A stretch of DNA of 64,000 bases from the human T2T-CHM13v2.0 reference genome, Homo sapiens, in assembly GCF_009914755.1 (NCBI RefSeq), contig NC_060925.1. The stretch is one strand, 5' to 3'. Under the pieces are notes generated by a model. The model saw nothing but the letters and a program-made list of their open reading frames with translations, made no database searches and was not told the DNA's origin. Positions 1 to 16,018 of the stretch are shown piece by piece. Position numbers and translations under genes: made by a program. Each line of letters opens with the position of its first letter. Position 1 is the stretch's first letter.

Positions 1-168
1 CAGCACTTTTGGAGGAGGACATGGTGATGTATGCCTGTAGTCCCAGCTGCTCAGAAGGCTAAGGTGGGAGAATTGCTTAAGCCCAGGAAGTCAAGGCTGC
101 AGTGAGCCATGTTCACACGACTGCACTCCAGCTAGGGTGACAGAGTGAGACTCTGTCTAAAATAAAAT
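1..168 (+). mobile_element. Alu (AluJ-like), mostly right arm, truncated by window edge
   Basis: gcctgtagtcccagct...gtcaaggctgcagtgagccatg...gagactctgtct followed by A-rich tail. Confidence 0.9.
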
Positions 169-181
169 ATGTATGTGTGTG

Positions 182-216
<35 letters not shown>

Positions 217-220
217 ATGT
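169..220. repeat. (TG)n/(TA)n compound microsatellite
   Basis: Direct reading: gtatgtgtgtgtatatatatatgtgtgtgt... Confidence 0.95.
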
Positions 221-234
221 ATTCTTAAAATAAA

Positions 235-522
235 TTTTTACGGAGTCTCGCTCTGTCGCCCAGGCTGCAGTGCAGTGGCACAATCTCGGCTCACTGCAAG
301 CTCCGCCTCCCAGGTTCACGCCATTCTCCTGCCTCAGCCTCCTGAGTAGCTGGGACTACAGGCGCCCACCACCACTCCTGGCTAATTTTTTTTTTTGTAG
401 TTTTAGTAGAGACAGGGTTTCACCATGTTAGCCAGGATGGTCTCGATCTCCTGACCTCATGATCCACCCATCTTGGCCTCCCTAAGTGCTGGGATTACAG
501 GCATGAGCCACTGCGCCCGGCC
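235..522 (-). mobile_element. AluY-type element with almost no poly-A tail
   Basis: AluY diagnostics: ctgcaagctccgcctcc, ttcacgccattctcc, ttagccaggatggtctcgatctcc. Confidence 0.9.
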
Positions 523-699
523 TTTAATATACTCTTAAAATAAAATTTTAAATTACGTAAGTGGCACAGCACTGCAACCAAAGCCTGTACACATTGTCAC
601 AAATCTCTCACCACCAGTCTCTATCCACTTCTCCCCAGGTATCCGAAGTCAACAGACATATTTATCTGTCCACATCCTTGTGATTCCTCAGACAAGTCT

Positions 700-2200
<1,501 letters not shown>

Positions 2201-2466
2201 GACAAACAAGGAGACAATCTGCGCCTCTGCAGGCTGCTGTGGTGAGTCTCACTTATGGAAGGTGTGATTTGGGGCAAGGTGGATTAATTTCTGCACTGAG
2301 AGATGCAGTTTCTTTATCTGGAAAATTTAAGGCAAAAGCTCTGGCTCTCTCCCAGGGTGGCTGTAGGATGCCGTGAGCATCCCTTTCCTTCTCTGGTGAG
2401 TACCAGTACTCACCCTGCGCTTGGCCTGCCCCATTGTCAGGAGCTGCTTTCCCCAGGTGGGAAAAA

Positions 2467-2530
2467 GCAGTGAGCCATGTTCACACCACTGCACTCCAGC
2501 AAGGGCGAAATAGCGAGACCCTGTCTGAAA
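2467..2530 (+). mobile_element. Alu 3' fragment, paralogous to 99-160
   Basis: gcagtgagccatgttcacac... shares the unusual 'atgttcacac' with the Alu at the window start. Confidence 0.85.
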
Positions 2531-2665
2531 TATGTATATAATTGGTATCTATATATAGAGATACATATATATCCTTAAATATATATAGATACCTATATAT
2601 ATTCTTAATATATATATAAATATATAATATATATTCTTAAAATAAATTATATATATATATATATA

Positions 2666-3672
<1,007 letters not shown>

Positions 3673-3942
3673 TTCTTAAAATAAATTTTAAAATTACTCA
3701 AGTGGCACAGCACTGCAACCTAAGCCTGTGTACATTGTCACCAATCTTTCATCACCAGTCTCCATCCCCTCTCTCCAGGTATCCAAAGTCAACAGACTTC
3801 TATCTATCTATCCTTTTAAACAGGCCCCAGGAGAGGCCTACCTATTTCTGTGCAGGCTCCTTCTCAGCCCTTCCCTCCCCTCTTTGGGCCTCTTCTGCAT
3901 CTTCAATGATCATCTCTAAGCTGATGACACCATGATCATCCC

Positions 3943-4864
<922 letters not shown>

Positions 4865-6475
4865 TTCTAACTTATTATTATTTTTTAACTATTATTTTAG
4901 TTTACAGAGTTTTTCCTTAGTTATTTATGTTCTTCCTTCTTCCAAATAGAATTTGAAGTGTCTCAGACTTGGCTTCCAGGCTGCCTGCTGAGTACCCCGA
5001 CCAGAGCCTCTTGCAGTCCAAGTTCACTTCATGAAAAGCTCACACTTCCCAGACACTCACCTCTTCCAGTATTATTCACCAGCCTGGTACAAGCAGCCTG
5101 CTGGTCACTCAGAGTAGATGCCTCATGCCCCCCCCCCAGCCAACTGGGCACAGTGTCCTGTTGAATCTCCATCCACAGCCTCTGTCTGTTAAGCATCTCT
5201 CTAAACCCACGGCTCTGCCTTCAGCTGGGGCCCTCAGCAACCTCCACCACATGACTGCAGCCAGCTTCTCACTGAGGACCCCGACTATGCCACACCTCTT
5301 TGCTGGCAACCTACAGCTGCTTCCACACCCTCTTGCCAGAAACCTACAGCTGCTTTCATGGCCAATCCCACCATACCACATCCCCGAGCAATAATATTCT
5401 AGAGGTCCCTACTGCCTATAAACACCACTCAAACTTCTTAGAACGGCATAGGAACCTCTCCAGTTTCTGGCTGCACAACCATTTTTTGGTTTGTTTTCTA
5501 TTTGTGAGACTATTTTGCTCAAATGTGTTTACAAGTGATTTAAAAAAAAAAAGAGAAACGCCATTGAAGGAAGTTTATAAACATAATGGGAAAATGCAAA
5601 GGTGATAAACATGTTCCTCTCCAGGTAGGCACTGCAGCTAATGAGCACCACTCCAGGGGTGTGGAGGCCTGAGGTGGGAATCACAGTGATCTTGCTCAAG
5701 GCTGGTCTCAGCAAGGCCCTCCAGGAGAAGAGCTTGCCTGGAGCATAAGCTCTTCTCTTTCCTGCTACAAAGGTGCAGGTTCAAAGGGCTCTTTTGTTTG
5801 AACAATTAGGTGAGCAGGAAGGCAATTAACAGGCCACTCAAAGTAAGTGAAAGGCAAAGGAACTGAAGCTGCAGTCCTATTAAAGAATAACAGATAACAG
5901 GTGAAGATTAGCAGGGGCAAGTTCCTATTAATAACACCACCTATTAATAGCAGCAGTCTCTGACCGAGTGTATTGTCCCCAGGTTCTGTGCTAAACATGC
6001 AAAAAGCATTGTCTCATTTAATCATCACCACAGGCCAAGCAGGTGGGACATGCGCTCGGAATTGCTGTGGGTGTGAAATCACTCACCCTGCTCTCACACT
6101 GGAGCTTGGGGCTCAGCCATTCTAGTGCCAGTGTGTGTCCCATGATTTCAGACTGCCTTTCTGCAAAAGCTGAGAAGACAGCTTCAGTCCGTACGGTGAT
6201 AAAGCGTATGTGGAGAAGAGAATCTTTTTTCTAATTTGCAAGGTTGCTCCCAGCATACAGAGCTGGGACTTTCCACTCTTATACAAATCAGCCCATCCTT
6301 CTCATCTGCTTTTCAAAATTGTACCTCCTGGGCTCTCCCAGGAATAAGAAACCAGCTTTTTATGGAGTCATGCAATTCTTCAAGACTTTTTCCTCAGCAA
6401 TACAAAGACCAGGCAGCCAAAGCTTGGAAATGACCAAGTCACTGTTTGTATGAACTCAGTTACATTTTTAAATAC

Positions 6476-6745
6476 TTTAATTGATGCATAGCGATTGTAT
6501 ATATTCATGGAGTACATAGTGAGGTTTCCATACCTATAATGTATAGTGATCAGATCAGGGTAATTAGCATATCCATAATCTCAAACATTTACTTCTTTGT
6601 TTTGGAAACATTCAATATCCTAGCTATTCGAGACTATAGAATATATTACTGTTAACTACAGTCACTCTACATTGGCATAGAACTCTAGAACTTATTCCTC
6701 TCATCTAGTTGTAATTTTGTATCTTTTAACAAATCTCTCCCTATC
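6476..6745 (-). mobile_element. L1MA-type 3' end fragment
   Basis: gatcagatcagggtaattagcatatcc...ctagaacttattcctc matches L1MA 3' UTR antisense. Confidence 0.75.
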
Positions 6746-6911
6746 TCTCTCAGTTACATTTTTAAGGCAAACCCTTCATTCTGAGTATGTGTCTGAGAAT
6801 GGCAGTAGAGTAGTTCTCTTTTCCTCTGTTATGTTTAGATTCTTGAGGTGTGCATTTACTTTAGAATGCATGACAACTCTTAGTCACTGCAAAGATAATA
6901 AGTTGTAGTCA

Positions 6912-7367
6912 TGTAGCAGGACGAGCTGCAGACAAAACTCCTCAGACACTGGGTTAAAGAAGGAAGGAGCTTTATTTGGTCTGGAGCTTCGGCAGACTTG
7001 CATCTCAAAAGCCGAGCTGCCCGAGTGAGCAATTCCTGTCCAAGGGCTTACAACTCTAAGAGGGTCTGCATGAGAGGGCTGTGATCAATTGAGCAAGCAG
7101 GGGGTACGTGACTGGGGGCTGCATGCACCGGTAATTAGAATGGAACAGAACAGGACAGGGGTTTTCACAGTGCTTTTCTATACAATGTCTGGAATCTATA
7201 GATAACACAAGTAGTTAGGTCAGAGGTTGATTTTTAACTACCAGGGTGTGTGCCAGGCTATCTGTCTGTGGATTTCATTTCTGCCTTTTAGCTTTTACTT
7301 CTTCTTTCTTTGGAGAAACGCCCAGAAACTGGGCGTAAGACACTATGAGGAGTGGTCTCCTCCCTTA
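6912..7367 (-). mobile_element. LTR2 (HERV-E) solo LTR
   Basis: Reverse complement begins TAAGGGAGGAGACCAC and ends CGTCCTGCTACA; 4-bp TSD GTCA (6908-6911 / 7368-7371). Confidence 0.88.
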
Positions 7368-8655
7368 GTCATACCTACATTCTTACTTTAATAAAACTGC
7401 ACTTTCATGGGAAAAGCATTTTTTTTCTGGTTTTCATATTAACTGGCTTGGGCTGAAGTTATGCTTAGGAAAGCTTGGACAGTCGGTTGTTGCAACCAGA
7501 CCCAAGGAGGCCTTGTCTGCCTGGGCTGCATGAATGAGGAACTGGGGACAGGTATTGAGACTGGAGAGGTGGGAATCAGATATTCCAAAGCCTAACCTCC
7601 TTAGTGAAGCCTACAGATCGCCTGTTCCTACAGGCTTCATAGCCAGAATGCCTTTCTTGGCAGATCAATTGTCCTTCTTTGGAATCATTTTAAAAGCTCT
7701 CCGGCTACTTCATCCTCTCCAGTTATCACTGGATCTTTTAAAGGACTCTGAAATGCACACTGAGTAGCAGTCAGCCTCATTTCACTTACAAAAATGGGTT
7801 CCTGAGATTTTGCTGTTTATGGATATTTTGTAAATAGAATCCGTTTAAAGGCACTAGAGGAAATTTCTATTTAAATGAATCCTCCTGGGAATCCCTTTGC
7901 ATTGAAAATGTGAATTGATCTGTTCCATAACATGGATCTGTCAGATTTTCTCAGGGTGGCCTTGCAGTGCGGCACCCCAGGGAAGAATTACAGTAGAGTA
8001 ATGGAGCGACTCCAGGCTGGCGGCCTCTGCTTGTGTTCCCGCCATCTGTAGCAAAGGATGCCTCAACCTGGGCAGCAGGATTGGGATGTGAAACATAAAA
8101 TGTGCTGTGACATCAAATATACAATTCTGACAGCCTCCTACTCATTTAAAAGATTTCTTGTTAGGTTTTTAAGTCCTTTGGGAGGATCCTTCTATCCTCT
8201 TACACAAGGAATGCTACTCTTGATGCAATTAATCTGAAAGAGGATTTAAAGACAATTTCTATGCCAGGGCTTCCGCTGTGTGAAGCCAACATTAGGTTCA
8301 AGTGTGCGATAACATTCGACATGGCTTACATGGTAAGTGTATGTTTCCAAGAGGGACTATTAAACTGAAGTGGATTAAAGACAGCTCAATTTTTTATAAC
8401 CATTTCCTCACTTGAGTATTTTTATACTTCCCTGCCTTCACCAGAAGGAAGCCACAAATCTCCTCAACAGTTGTTAAGCCATTGTGAACAAATTCTCAAG
8501 CTGCATTTTTATATCATCCCCCTCCCCAGGTTCAAATCTGACAACTGGGGATGCTGCTGTGGACTCGGGTATTAGCCAGGGCTCAGTCACGTGTGAGTGA
8601 GAGATGAGCTCCTCCAGGAGGGGAAAGCGGGAGCAGGCCTTGCTGCTCCCCAAGC

Positions 8656-9211
8656 CCCACACCCCTAACCCCTATACCCCACACAGAACAACACACACAA
8701 CAGGCGCATACATCCCAACACACACAGACACACACACCCCACCACACTCACACCCCCCAACACACACAGCAACACACACCCACCACACCACACACAGACA
8801 TGCACACTCACAGGTACACACTCCCAACACACACACACTGATGAGACAGCCAGGTGGGAAGGGCTCCCTGGCAGGCCCTCTGACTGGCCTGTGCACTGGT
8901 AGGAGTGCACGCTGGGGTGGAGCATGGGGAAGTTCACGTCTTTGAGGGGGAGGAGCCTGGCCCCTCCTTTTCCTGGGTGGAAACTGGGATTCAATCTGCG
9001 GGGTGGGAAGCACACTAGCAGGGACTCTGGCTTTGCCCAGGGCCCCGTTTCCCTTTTGCCCAATACATTCCACTTTTTCTCACCCTTCAAAGTGTCTGCA
9101 AGCCTAATCTCTCATGGCCGTGTGACAAGAACCCAGCTCTTAGCTGAACTAAGGAAAAAGTCCTACAACACTGACACATACACCAACACAAACACACCCA
9201 GCACACAGACC

Positions 9212-9247
<36 letters not shown>

Positions 9248-9330
9248 CATCCCTGCCACACATACACTCACCCCGAAGCAAACGCACACACCCCACACAT
9301 GCCTCCCATCACACACTCATACACACCCTC
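8656..9330. repeat. CA-rich low-complexity tract including a pure (CA)n run near 9214-9245, split by an LTR
   Basis: Direct reading. Confidence 0.9.
8842..9170 (+). mobile_element. MER61A-like solo LTR (ERV1)
   Basis: TGAGACAGCCAGGTGGGAAGGG...GAAAAAGTCCTACAACA; 4-bp TSD CTGA (8838-8841 / 9171-9174). Confidence 0.82.
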
Positions 9331-9477
9331 CCCAAGCACTGTCAGAAGGCCCACCCAGGATACCTGGAGCATTCCCTTGGCTGGGGGCCATGAGTTGAGA
9401 TGGACTAAGTGCAAGTCCCCATCCTGAGAGTGCAAGCCAACCCTGAGAGGTCATTTGCAGAGTCAAGAATGACTCCA

Positions 9478-9592
9478 GTTGGGTTTCGTGGTGCATGTGT
9501 GTAATCTCAGCATTTCAAGAGGCTGAGGTGGGAGGACAGCTTGAGGCCAGGAGTTTGAGACCAGCCTGGTCAACATAGTGAGACCCTGTCTT
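9478..9592 (+). mobile_element. Alu left monomer / FLAM
   Basis: tgtaatctcagcattt...gaggccaggagtttgagaccagcctgg...gagaccctgtct. Confidence 0.85.
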
Positions 9593-11149
9593 TAACACTT
9601 TTTTTTTTTTTTAGTTTTAATATTCTGGTGACCTGGAAGCTTAATTACTAAATATCTTTTTCTTTTGTCAATTGCATTGTCATTACAATGTGTCAAAATA
9701 ATAAATGATATAGTTCAAACTTTGACAGATTTAAATAAAAGACAAAATTAAAATTTAATTCAAAATATTTTCCTTAAGGAAAGATTCAATCTTCTAAAAA
9801 ATCATTAGTAAAGGTATTTATGAATGATCCTATGTTAGAATGAGACACATTTCAGCATTAGTTAGGTAAAGAGTACCAAACACCAGCCATACAAAGGGAT
9901 GGAAACGAGTGAAAGGAGTTGCAAATTCCCTTCAATTCTTTCAACTGTCTCTGAGCTATATACAAAAACATTACATGATTACATAACAATTTAACAGCAA
10001 ACATTATTTGTAATGCTCTATTAGCATACAGGATAAGATCCAATTGTGTAAAGGAAAAAAGAATCCCACCCTATCTCTCTCCCAGTCATTCCCTTAAATG
10101 ATCTTTTAGGCATCTGGGAGGTTTATATTCCTGGGAAACAATGTATCAAGCGGGATGGTGGAAGCACAGCTCTGTGCAGGGTGGTAGCAAAAAAGAATCC
10201 CACCCTCTACAGGCACATCTCAGGCAGATCCATTTTAGGAAAAGTACTTCTGGAAATTGGGGATTTGGAAGTAGATTCCTTTAAAGTGCTTAGGTGCCTG
10301 TGTAGGCCTTGGGAAGTCTTCCATTTCCTCCAGGAGTCTGCACACTGCTGTTCAAAGATTGCTCTAGGAAGTTTTCCATTTGAGATAGGTAAGGATTAGT
10401 CAGAAAATACGATACAAACTACAAGGTTGTTAATGTAGACATTACTCCACCTTGACCTGATGTGCCACTTAAAGCCACACAAATAATAGTTATCTGTTTA
10501 GCACATACTGTACATGGCTTTGCAGATTCTATCTGTGTCTGTCTGTGTATGTGCAAATCTCATATTGACATAGTCTAATGCTGAGTTCAAACTGAATTCA
10601 GAACCTGAGTTTGTGATGAACTGATGGGGATCCTGAGCCAGTGAAATTTGCAGATTAAAACTAATGACCTCGTTAATATCCACAGGCCAAGGAGGCCTGA
10701 GGACAATATGTTCTTACTTACAAAAGCTGTATAAAAAGTTGTTATTTCCATGTTATAGATAGAAAACAGAAGCACAGAGAAGTCAGGTCATTTGCCCAAG
10801 ATCACAAAGCAAGTGAGTAGTAGAATAGACATTTAAACAAATTGGACTTTTAATGTTATGGAAGGCAACCTTAGAAGACGGTCTCAGTGGGCAAGTCTGA
10901 GACTCACCACTGGGGGATTATTTTGCCCCGATTTCACTGCACCATCTGCTCGTGCAGGTATGCAAAGGAAGGTCACACACATCAGGGAGTTCTGAATTTC
11001 AATTTTATATCTGAGGAAAGATAGCGTTGCAAAGCAGCTGATTTAAGACCATCTGATGACAACCAAATCAAGAATAACTTAATAATTAGTCATTACAAAG
11101 TACTAATTGCTTACTCATTTTGGAAGTGATATAATGTAATGGCTAATGA

Positions 11150-11385
11150 TAAGGAAACTGGAATCATTGCTTGGGTTCAAATCTCAAATCTACTGTTAAT
11201 AAGCTCTGTGACCTTTGATGAGTTACTTAACTTTTCTGTTTTTCAGTTTTCTTATTTTGAAAATAGGCAAAATGATAGCATCCAGCTCATGAAATTATTA
11301 CAGAAATTATATAAAATAGCACAGATAAAGTGTTTGGAAAAGCATGTGGCTAACACATAGAAAGCACTCAATAAATGCAAGTTAC
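11150..11385 (+). mobile_element. MIR
   Basis: gggttcaaatc...tgtgacctttgatgagttacttaac...gcactcaataaatg core. Confidence 0.8.
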
Positions 11386-11419
11386 TGTTAGGAAAATATT
11401 AGAAGAAACTTTTAAAAAT

Positions 11420-13970
11420 TATTTAGTTTTTAACAATTAGGGTAAAATATGTGTAATGTAAAATTTACCACATTAACCATTTTTAAGTCTGCAGTTCAGT
11501 GGCAGACTCCCTATTCCTAACATCACCCTGGCTCTTTTCCGTATCTATAAATTTGACTAAGTATCTCATATAAATGGAATTATACATCATTTGTCCTTTT
11601 GTGACTAGCTTATTTCATTTAGCATAATGTCTTCAAGGTTCATCCATGTTGTAGCACGTGTCAGAATTTCCTTCCTTTTTAAGGCTAAATAATAGTCCAT
11701 CATATGGATATACCACATTTTGCTTATCCATTCATCTGTCAATGCACACTTGGGTTGCTTATAACTTCTGGTTATTGTGAAATAATGCTGCTATGAAAAT
11801 GAATCTACAAATATCTTTTTATGTCCCTGCTTTGAATTCTTCTGGGTGTACATCCAAGATGTGAAATTGCTGGATTACATGGTAGTTCTATTTGTAATTC
11901 TCTGAGGAACTGTCGTAGTGTTTCCCATAATGACTATACTTCGTTACATTCCCAGCAGCAGTACACAAGGATTCCAATTTCTCCACACCCTAGCCAATAC
12001 TTGTTATTTATTTTTAAATGTTTTAAAAATAACCACACATCCTAATAGATGCATGGTGATACGTTGCTATGGTTTTTGATTTGCGTTTCCCTAATGATTA
12101 GTGATGTTGAACAGCTTTTCCTGTGTTATTGTATTTCTTTTTGTTGTTCGAATGTGTTTAATTTCCACAAATGTGTGAATTTTCCGGTTTTTACTTCTGT
12201 TATTGATTTCTAACTTCATCTTGTTGTGATCAGAGAAGATTCTTTGTATGAAATATTTTTAAATCTACTGAGACTTAATTTATGACCTTGCATATGGTAT
12301 ATTGTGGACAATTTCCCATATGCACTTGAAAAAAAGGTATATGCTGTTGCTGGGTAGAGTGTCCTGTAGATCAGGGGTCCCCAACCCCTGGGCCGTGGAG
12401 CCGTGCCACAGCCTGTTAGGAACCAGGCTGCACAGTAGGAGGTGAGCAGAGGATGAGCGAACATTACTGCCTGAGCTCCACCTCCTGTTAGATCAGCGAT
12501 GACGGCATGAGATTCTCATAGAAGCGCGAACTCTGTTGTGAACTGCACGTGTGAGGGACCTAGGTTGAGCGCTCCTCATGGGAATCTAACTAATGCCTGA
12601 TGTTGATCTGAGGTGGAACAGTTTCATCCCAAAACCATCCCCCACCCCTGGTCTGTGGAAAAATTGTCTTGCATGAAATTGGTCCCTGGTGCCAAAAAGG
12701 CTGGGGACCACTGTTGTAGATGGCTGTTAGACCTGATTGGATTATTGTATTGTTCAAGACCTCTGTTTCCTTGCTTATCTTCTGTCTGGTTGTTCTATCC
12801 ATTATTGAGGTGGGATATTAAAGTCCCCAACTATTATTATAGAACTGTCTATCTCTCCCTTCAGTCTGTCCATTTTTGCTTTATATGTTTTGAAAGTTTG
12901 TTATTAGGCACATAAATGTTGATAATTGTTATATACTCTTGCTGTATTGGAACTTTTATTAATATATAATGCCTGTATTGTCTTTTGTACCCTTTTGTGA
13001 CATTAAGTTTGACTTAAGACTTTATTTGACTTAAATTCTAGTTTAGTTACCCTATTCTCTTTGGTCACTATTTGCATGGAATATCTTTAACCTTCGACCT
13101 ATTTGTGTCTTTGGATCTAAAGTGGATCTCTTATAAACATCATATAGTTGGATCCTGTGTTTTCTATTTATTCTGCCAATTTCTGTCTTTTGATTGGAGA
13201 ATTTAATCCTTTACATTTGAAGTAATTACTGAAAAGGAAGGACATACTTCTGTCATTTTGCTATTTGCTTCAGAGATTTTTGTTCTGCATTACTGTCTTT
13301 TGTGTTTAGTTGACTTTTTTGTAGTGAAAGATTTTAATTCCCTTCTCATTTCCATTTGTGTATATTCTATAGCTATTTTCTTTGTGGTTACCATGGGGAT
13401 TACATTTAACATCCTAAAGTTATAACACTCTAATGTGAATTTATACCAGCTTAACTTCAACATGTGAAAACTCAGTTCCTATACAGTTCTAGCCCCACTC
13501 CTGTTCAGTTATTGATGTCATAAAATTATGTCTTTATGCATTGTATGCCCCCAAACAAGTTAATAATTATTTCTTATGCATTAGTCTCTTAAATCATGCA
13601 GAAAACAAAAAGTGGAGTTACAACCCAAAAGTTACAATGATACTAGCTTTTGCAATTGTCCATGTATTTACCTTTACCAGAGATCTTTACTTTTTCATAT
13701 GGTTTCAAGTTACTGTCTACCATCTTACCATTTCAACCTAAAGGATTGTCTTCACTGCAGAGCAGGTCTAGTGGTAGCAAACTCGCTCAGCTTTTGTTTT
13801 TCTGGGAATATCTTAATTTCTCCCTTATTTTTGAAAGACAGTTTTGGCAGCTATAGGATACTTGGTTGACAGTTTTTTTCCCTAAACACTTTGAATATAT
13901 CAACCCACTCACTGCCTTCTGGCCTCAAAGTTTTCTGATAAGAAATATACTGGTAATATTATTGGAGAAA
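11420..13970 (-). mobile_element. Old L1 (L1MB/L1MC-type) fragments: 3' UTR plus upstream regions with deletions
   Basis: tgtcttcaaggttcatccatgttgtagca, tttccctaatgattagtgatgttga, ttgaaagacagttttggc...taggatacttggttgac. Confidence 0.8.
12372..12713 (+). mobile_element. MER1B (hAT-Charlie) nested in the old L1
   Basis: TIRs caggggtccccaacc / ggctggggaccactg; 8-bp TSD CTGTAGAT / TTGTAGAT. Confidence 0.9.
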
Positions 13971-14630
13971 ATATGACGAAGGCTGTCTTTCTCTCAGCTT
14001 TATAGATACTAATAATGTATCTTATTGTTTGGTACATAACAGAACATTTTCTATAGTATTATGATATAAGTTGTAGTATAATTTTGAGACCAATTATTTA
14101 GAGTTTAAAGAAAAAGGAATTGAATATTTTAAGAGTAGACATTATGAGCTCTTTAAAATTCAAAAAATGTTACAGATTGACAAGCTGTCATTGAAATTAA
14201 AAGCATCATACTGGTTTTAATTTCTAAGGTAAATATCAATCACTATAACCCACATAAAAAAACCTTGAGTTTTCTTAAGAGCAAAGAGTTCTTCAGATTA
14301 AAAATTAAGAAAACTGCTATGAATTATGCCCAGTCAACATAGGTCTATGTCTTGCTTTGACCTCATAAGGAGCCATTGTTAGAGAATTCCAAACACTTAT
14401 ATAAGTTCTTGACTGGGCCTAGGTTTTTGATCCTTTTAGCTCAGCAAGCTGGTGTTTGATGACCTGAGGGACTTTGACCACAGTTAGCTTGTTTGCCCTT
14501 GATTTTTTTTCTATTTTGTTATTTTTCCTTTTCTTCTCTCCATATTTTTTCTTATTCTTTTAAAATTTGTTTCTTTATTTTTTAGTTGTATTTTCTTATC
14601 TTTTTCTTTGTTCTTTCTTCCTTTTTCTCA

Positions 14631-15205
14631 TATGATGGCCTTTCCATGGGTGTGTGGAGCCTGAGAGTCATTCTCTACCTGATGACCACTGGTCCCTGCC
14701 TTTTGTGGGAGAGGACTTTGAGGAGCCGCAGGATCCTCTCTCCCTTCACTTTACATACAGTATGAAGATCCTGAGCTCCGTAGAGCCCTATGAGATGGTG
14801 CAGGAGATGAGCCAGGTGACTCAAGCAGCTGCACATGGGAGCGATGCAACCAGCACAATTTGCTGTGTGTACAGGGCATGCCCTGCTGAGAGGGATTTTG
14901 TAGAGAAGGAATACAGGTGTGCAAATTGTTGTGGCAGAGTTGTCTTCATGGGGTCCAATTTATGAGGGTATCTGGCACCTCCATGTCCTTCAAAAATCAT
15001 GTGTCCAAAGTAAATGCTGAGCTTAAATTCTAAAGGACACCAGAGGCCACCTGGGAGACAGGAAAGGAAGTCCACCTGGTCCTAGCTGCAGGCTGGCCCT
15101 CTGCCCCGACCTGGGGAGCTTGAGACTGGACTATTTCTCGAGGCACCTCTCCAACTCATGTTCTTCTCTCTTTTTTCTTCTGTGTTTGTGGGGGAACAGA
15201 GATGG
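14631..15205 (+). pseudogene. MARK-family (MARK2-like) kinase pseudogene fragment: kinase subdomain IX fused to KA1 domain, stop at 15031-15033, probable 3' UTR remnant
   Basis: Translates YDGLSMGVWSLRVILYLMTTG/(frameshift)SLPFVG (MARK: [27 protein letters not shown]), then PLSLHFTYSMKILSSVEPYEMVQEMSQV (MARK2: [28 protein letters not shown]), ending HGVQFMRVSGTSMSFKNHVSKVNAELKF* (MARK2: [28 protein letters not shown]); several frameshifts. The UTR extent past 15033 is less certain. Confidence 0.88.
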
Positions 15206-15499
15206 TTTTCATAAATTACTTGACTTCATTTCTTCCAAATCTTGTAATGAAATTGATGCTTCAGGAAGACACACCATTATTCTGCTGTTTTGCATCCTTC
15301 CTGCCCAGAAATGGGGCTGTGGGTACTCCAGTTTGAAAAGCATGTAGTAGTACAGCACTTGGAGTTAATCAGAAAAAGTAAAGAAAAAAATGACTTAAGA
15401 GAATTATCATGATCCCCATCAAAAGCAGCTAATTATTCAAAGTAGCAACTGAAGGATTTTTATAAAGGGATATTAAAAGTGGTTCTGAACAGATACGTC

Positions 15500-16018
15500 T
15501 GTATTTGTCAGGCTTCTCCAGAGAAACAGACCCAGTAGGAGATATGTATATATATGAAAGAACAGATTTACTATGGAAATTGGCTCACACAGTTATAGAG
15601 CCTGAGAAGTCCCACGGTATGCAAGCTGGAGAACCAGGAAAGCCAGTAGTGTAATTCAGTCCAAGTTCAAATGCCTAAGAACGAGGGGAGCTGATGGTGT
15701 AGCTCTAACTGGAGGCTGAAGGCCTGAGGGGAGTTTGAGGGACAACCAGGGGCTCCAATGTCTGAATACCATAGAAGATGGACATCCCAGCTTCAGAAGA
15801 GAAAGAATTCACCCTTCCTCCACCTTCTTGTTCCATATGGACCCTCATTGGATTGGATGATGCCTTCCCACATGGAGAGAGAGATCTTCTTTGCTCTGGC
15901 TGATTCAAATGCTGTCTCTTCTGGAAACCCTTTACAGACACACCTAGAAATAATGTTTCACCAGCTCTTTGGACATCCCTTATCCCAGTCAAGTTGACAC
16001 ATACAATTAAACATCATA
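15500..16018 (-). mobile_element. MLT2-family LTR (ERVL)
   Basis: ttctccagagaaacaga...cagtcaagttgacacatacaattaa; reverse complement matches the MLT2 5' end. Confidence 0.88.

Noticed and set aside
8036-8056. CTCF/YY1-like motif ccgccatctgtagc
   Set aside because: Several mismatches to the CTCF core; expected by chance.
8842-9170. p53 response element in MER61
   Set aside because: p53 sites are known in some MER61 subfamilies, but I see no paired RRRCWWGYYY in this copy.
14654-14965. 103-aa ORF with CxxC words resembling a zinc-ribbon protein
   Set aside because: The Cys-rich tail is an out-of-frame reading of the MARK KA1 sequence after frameshifts.
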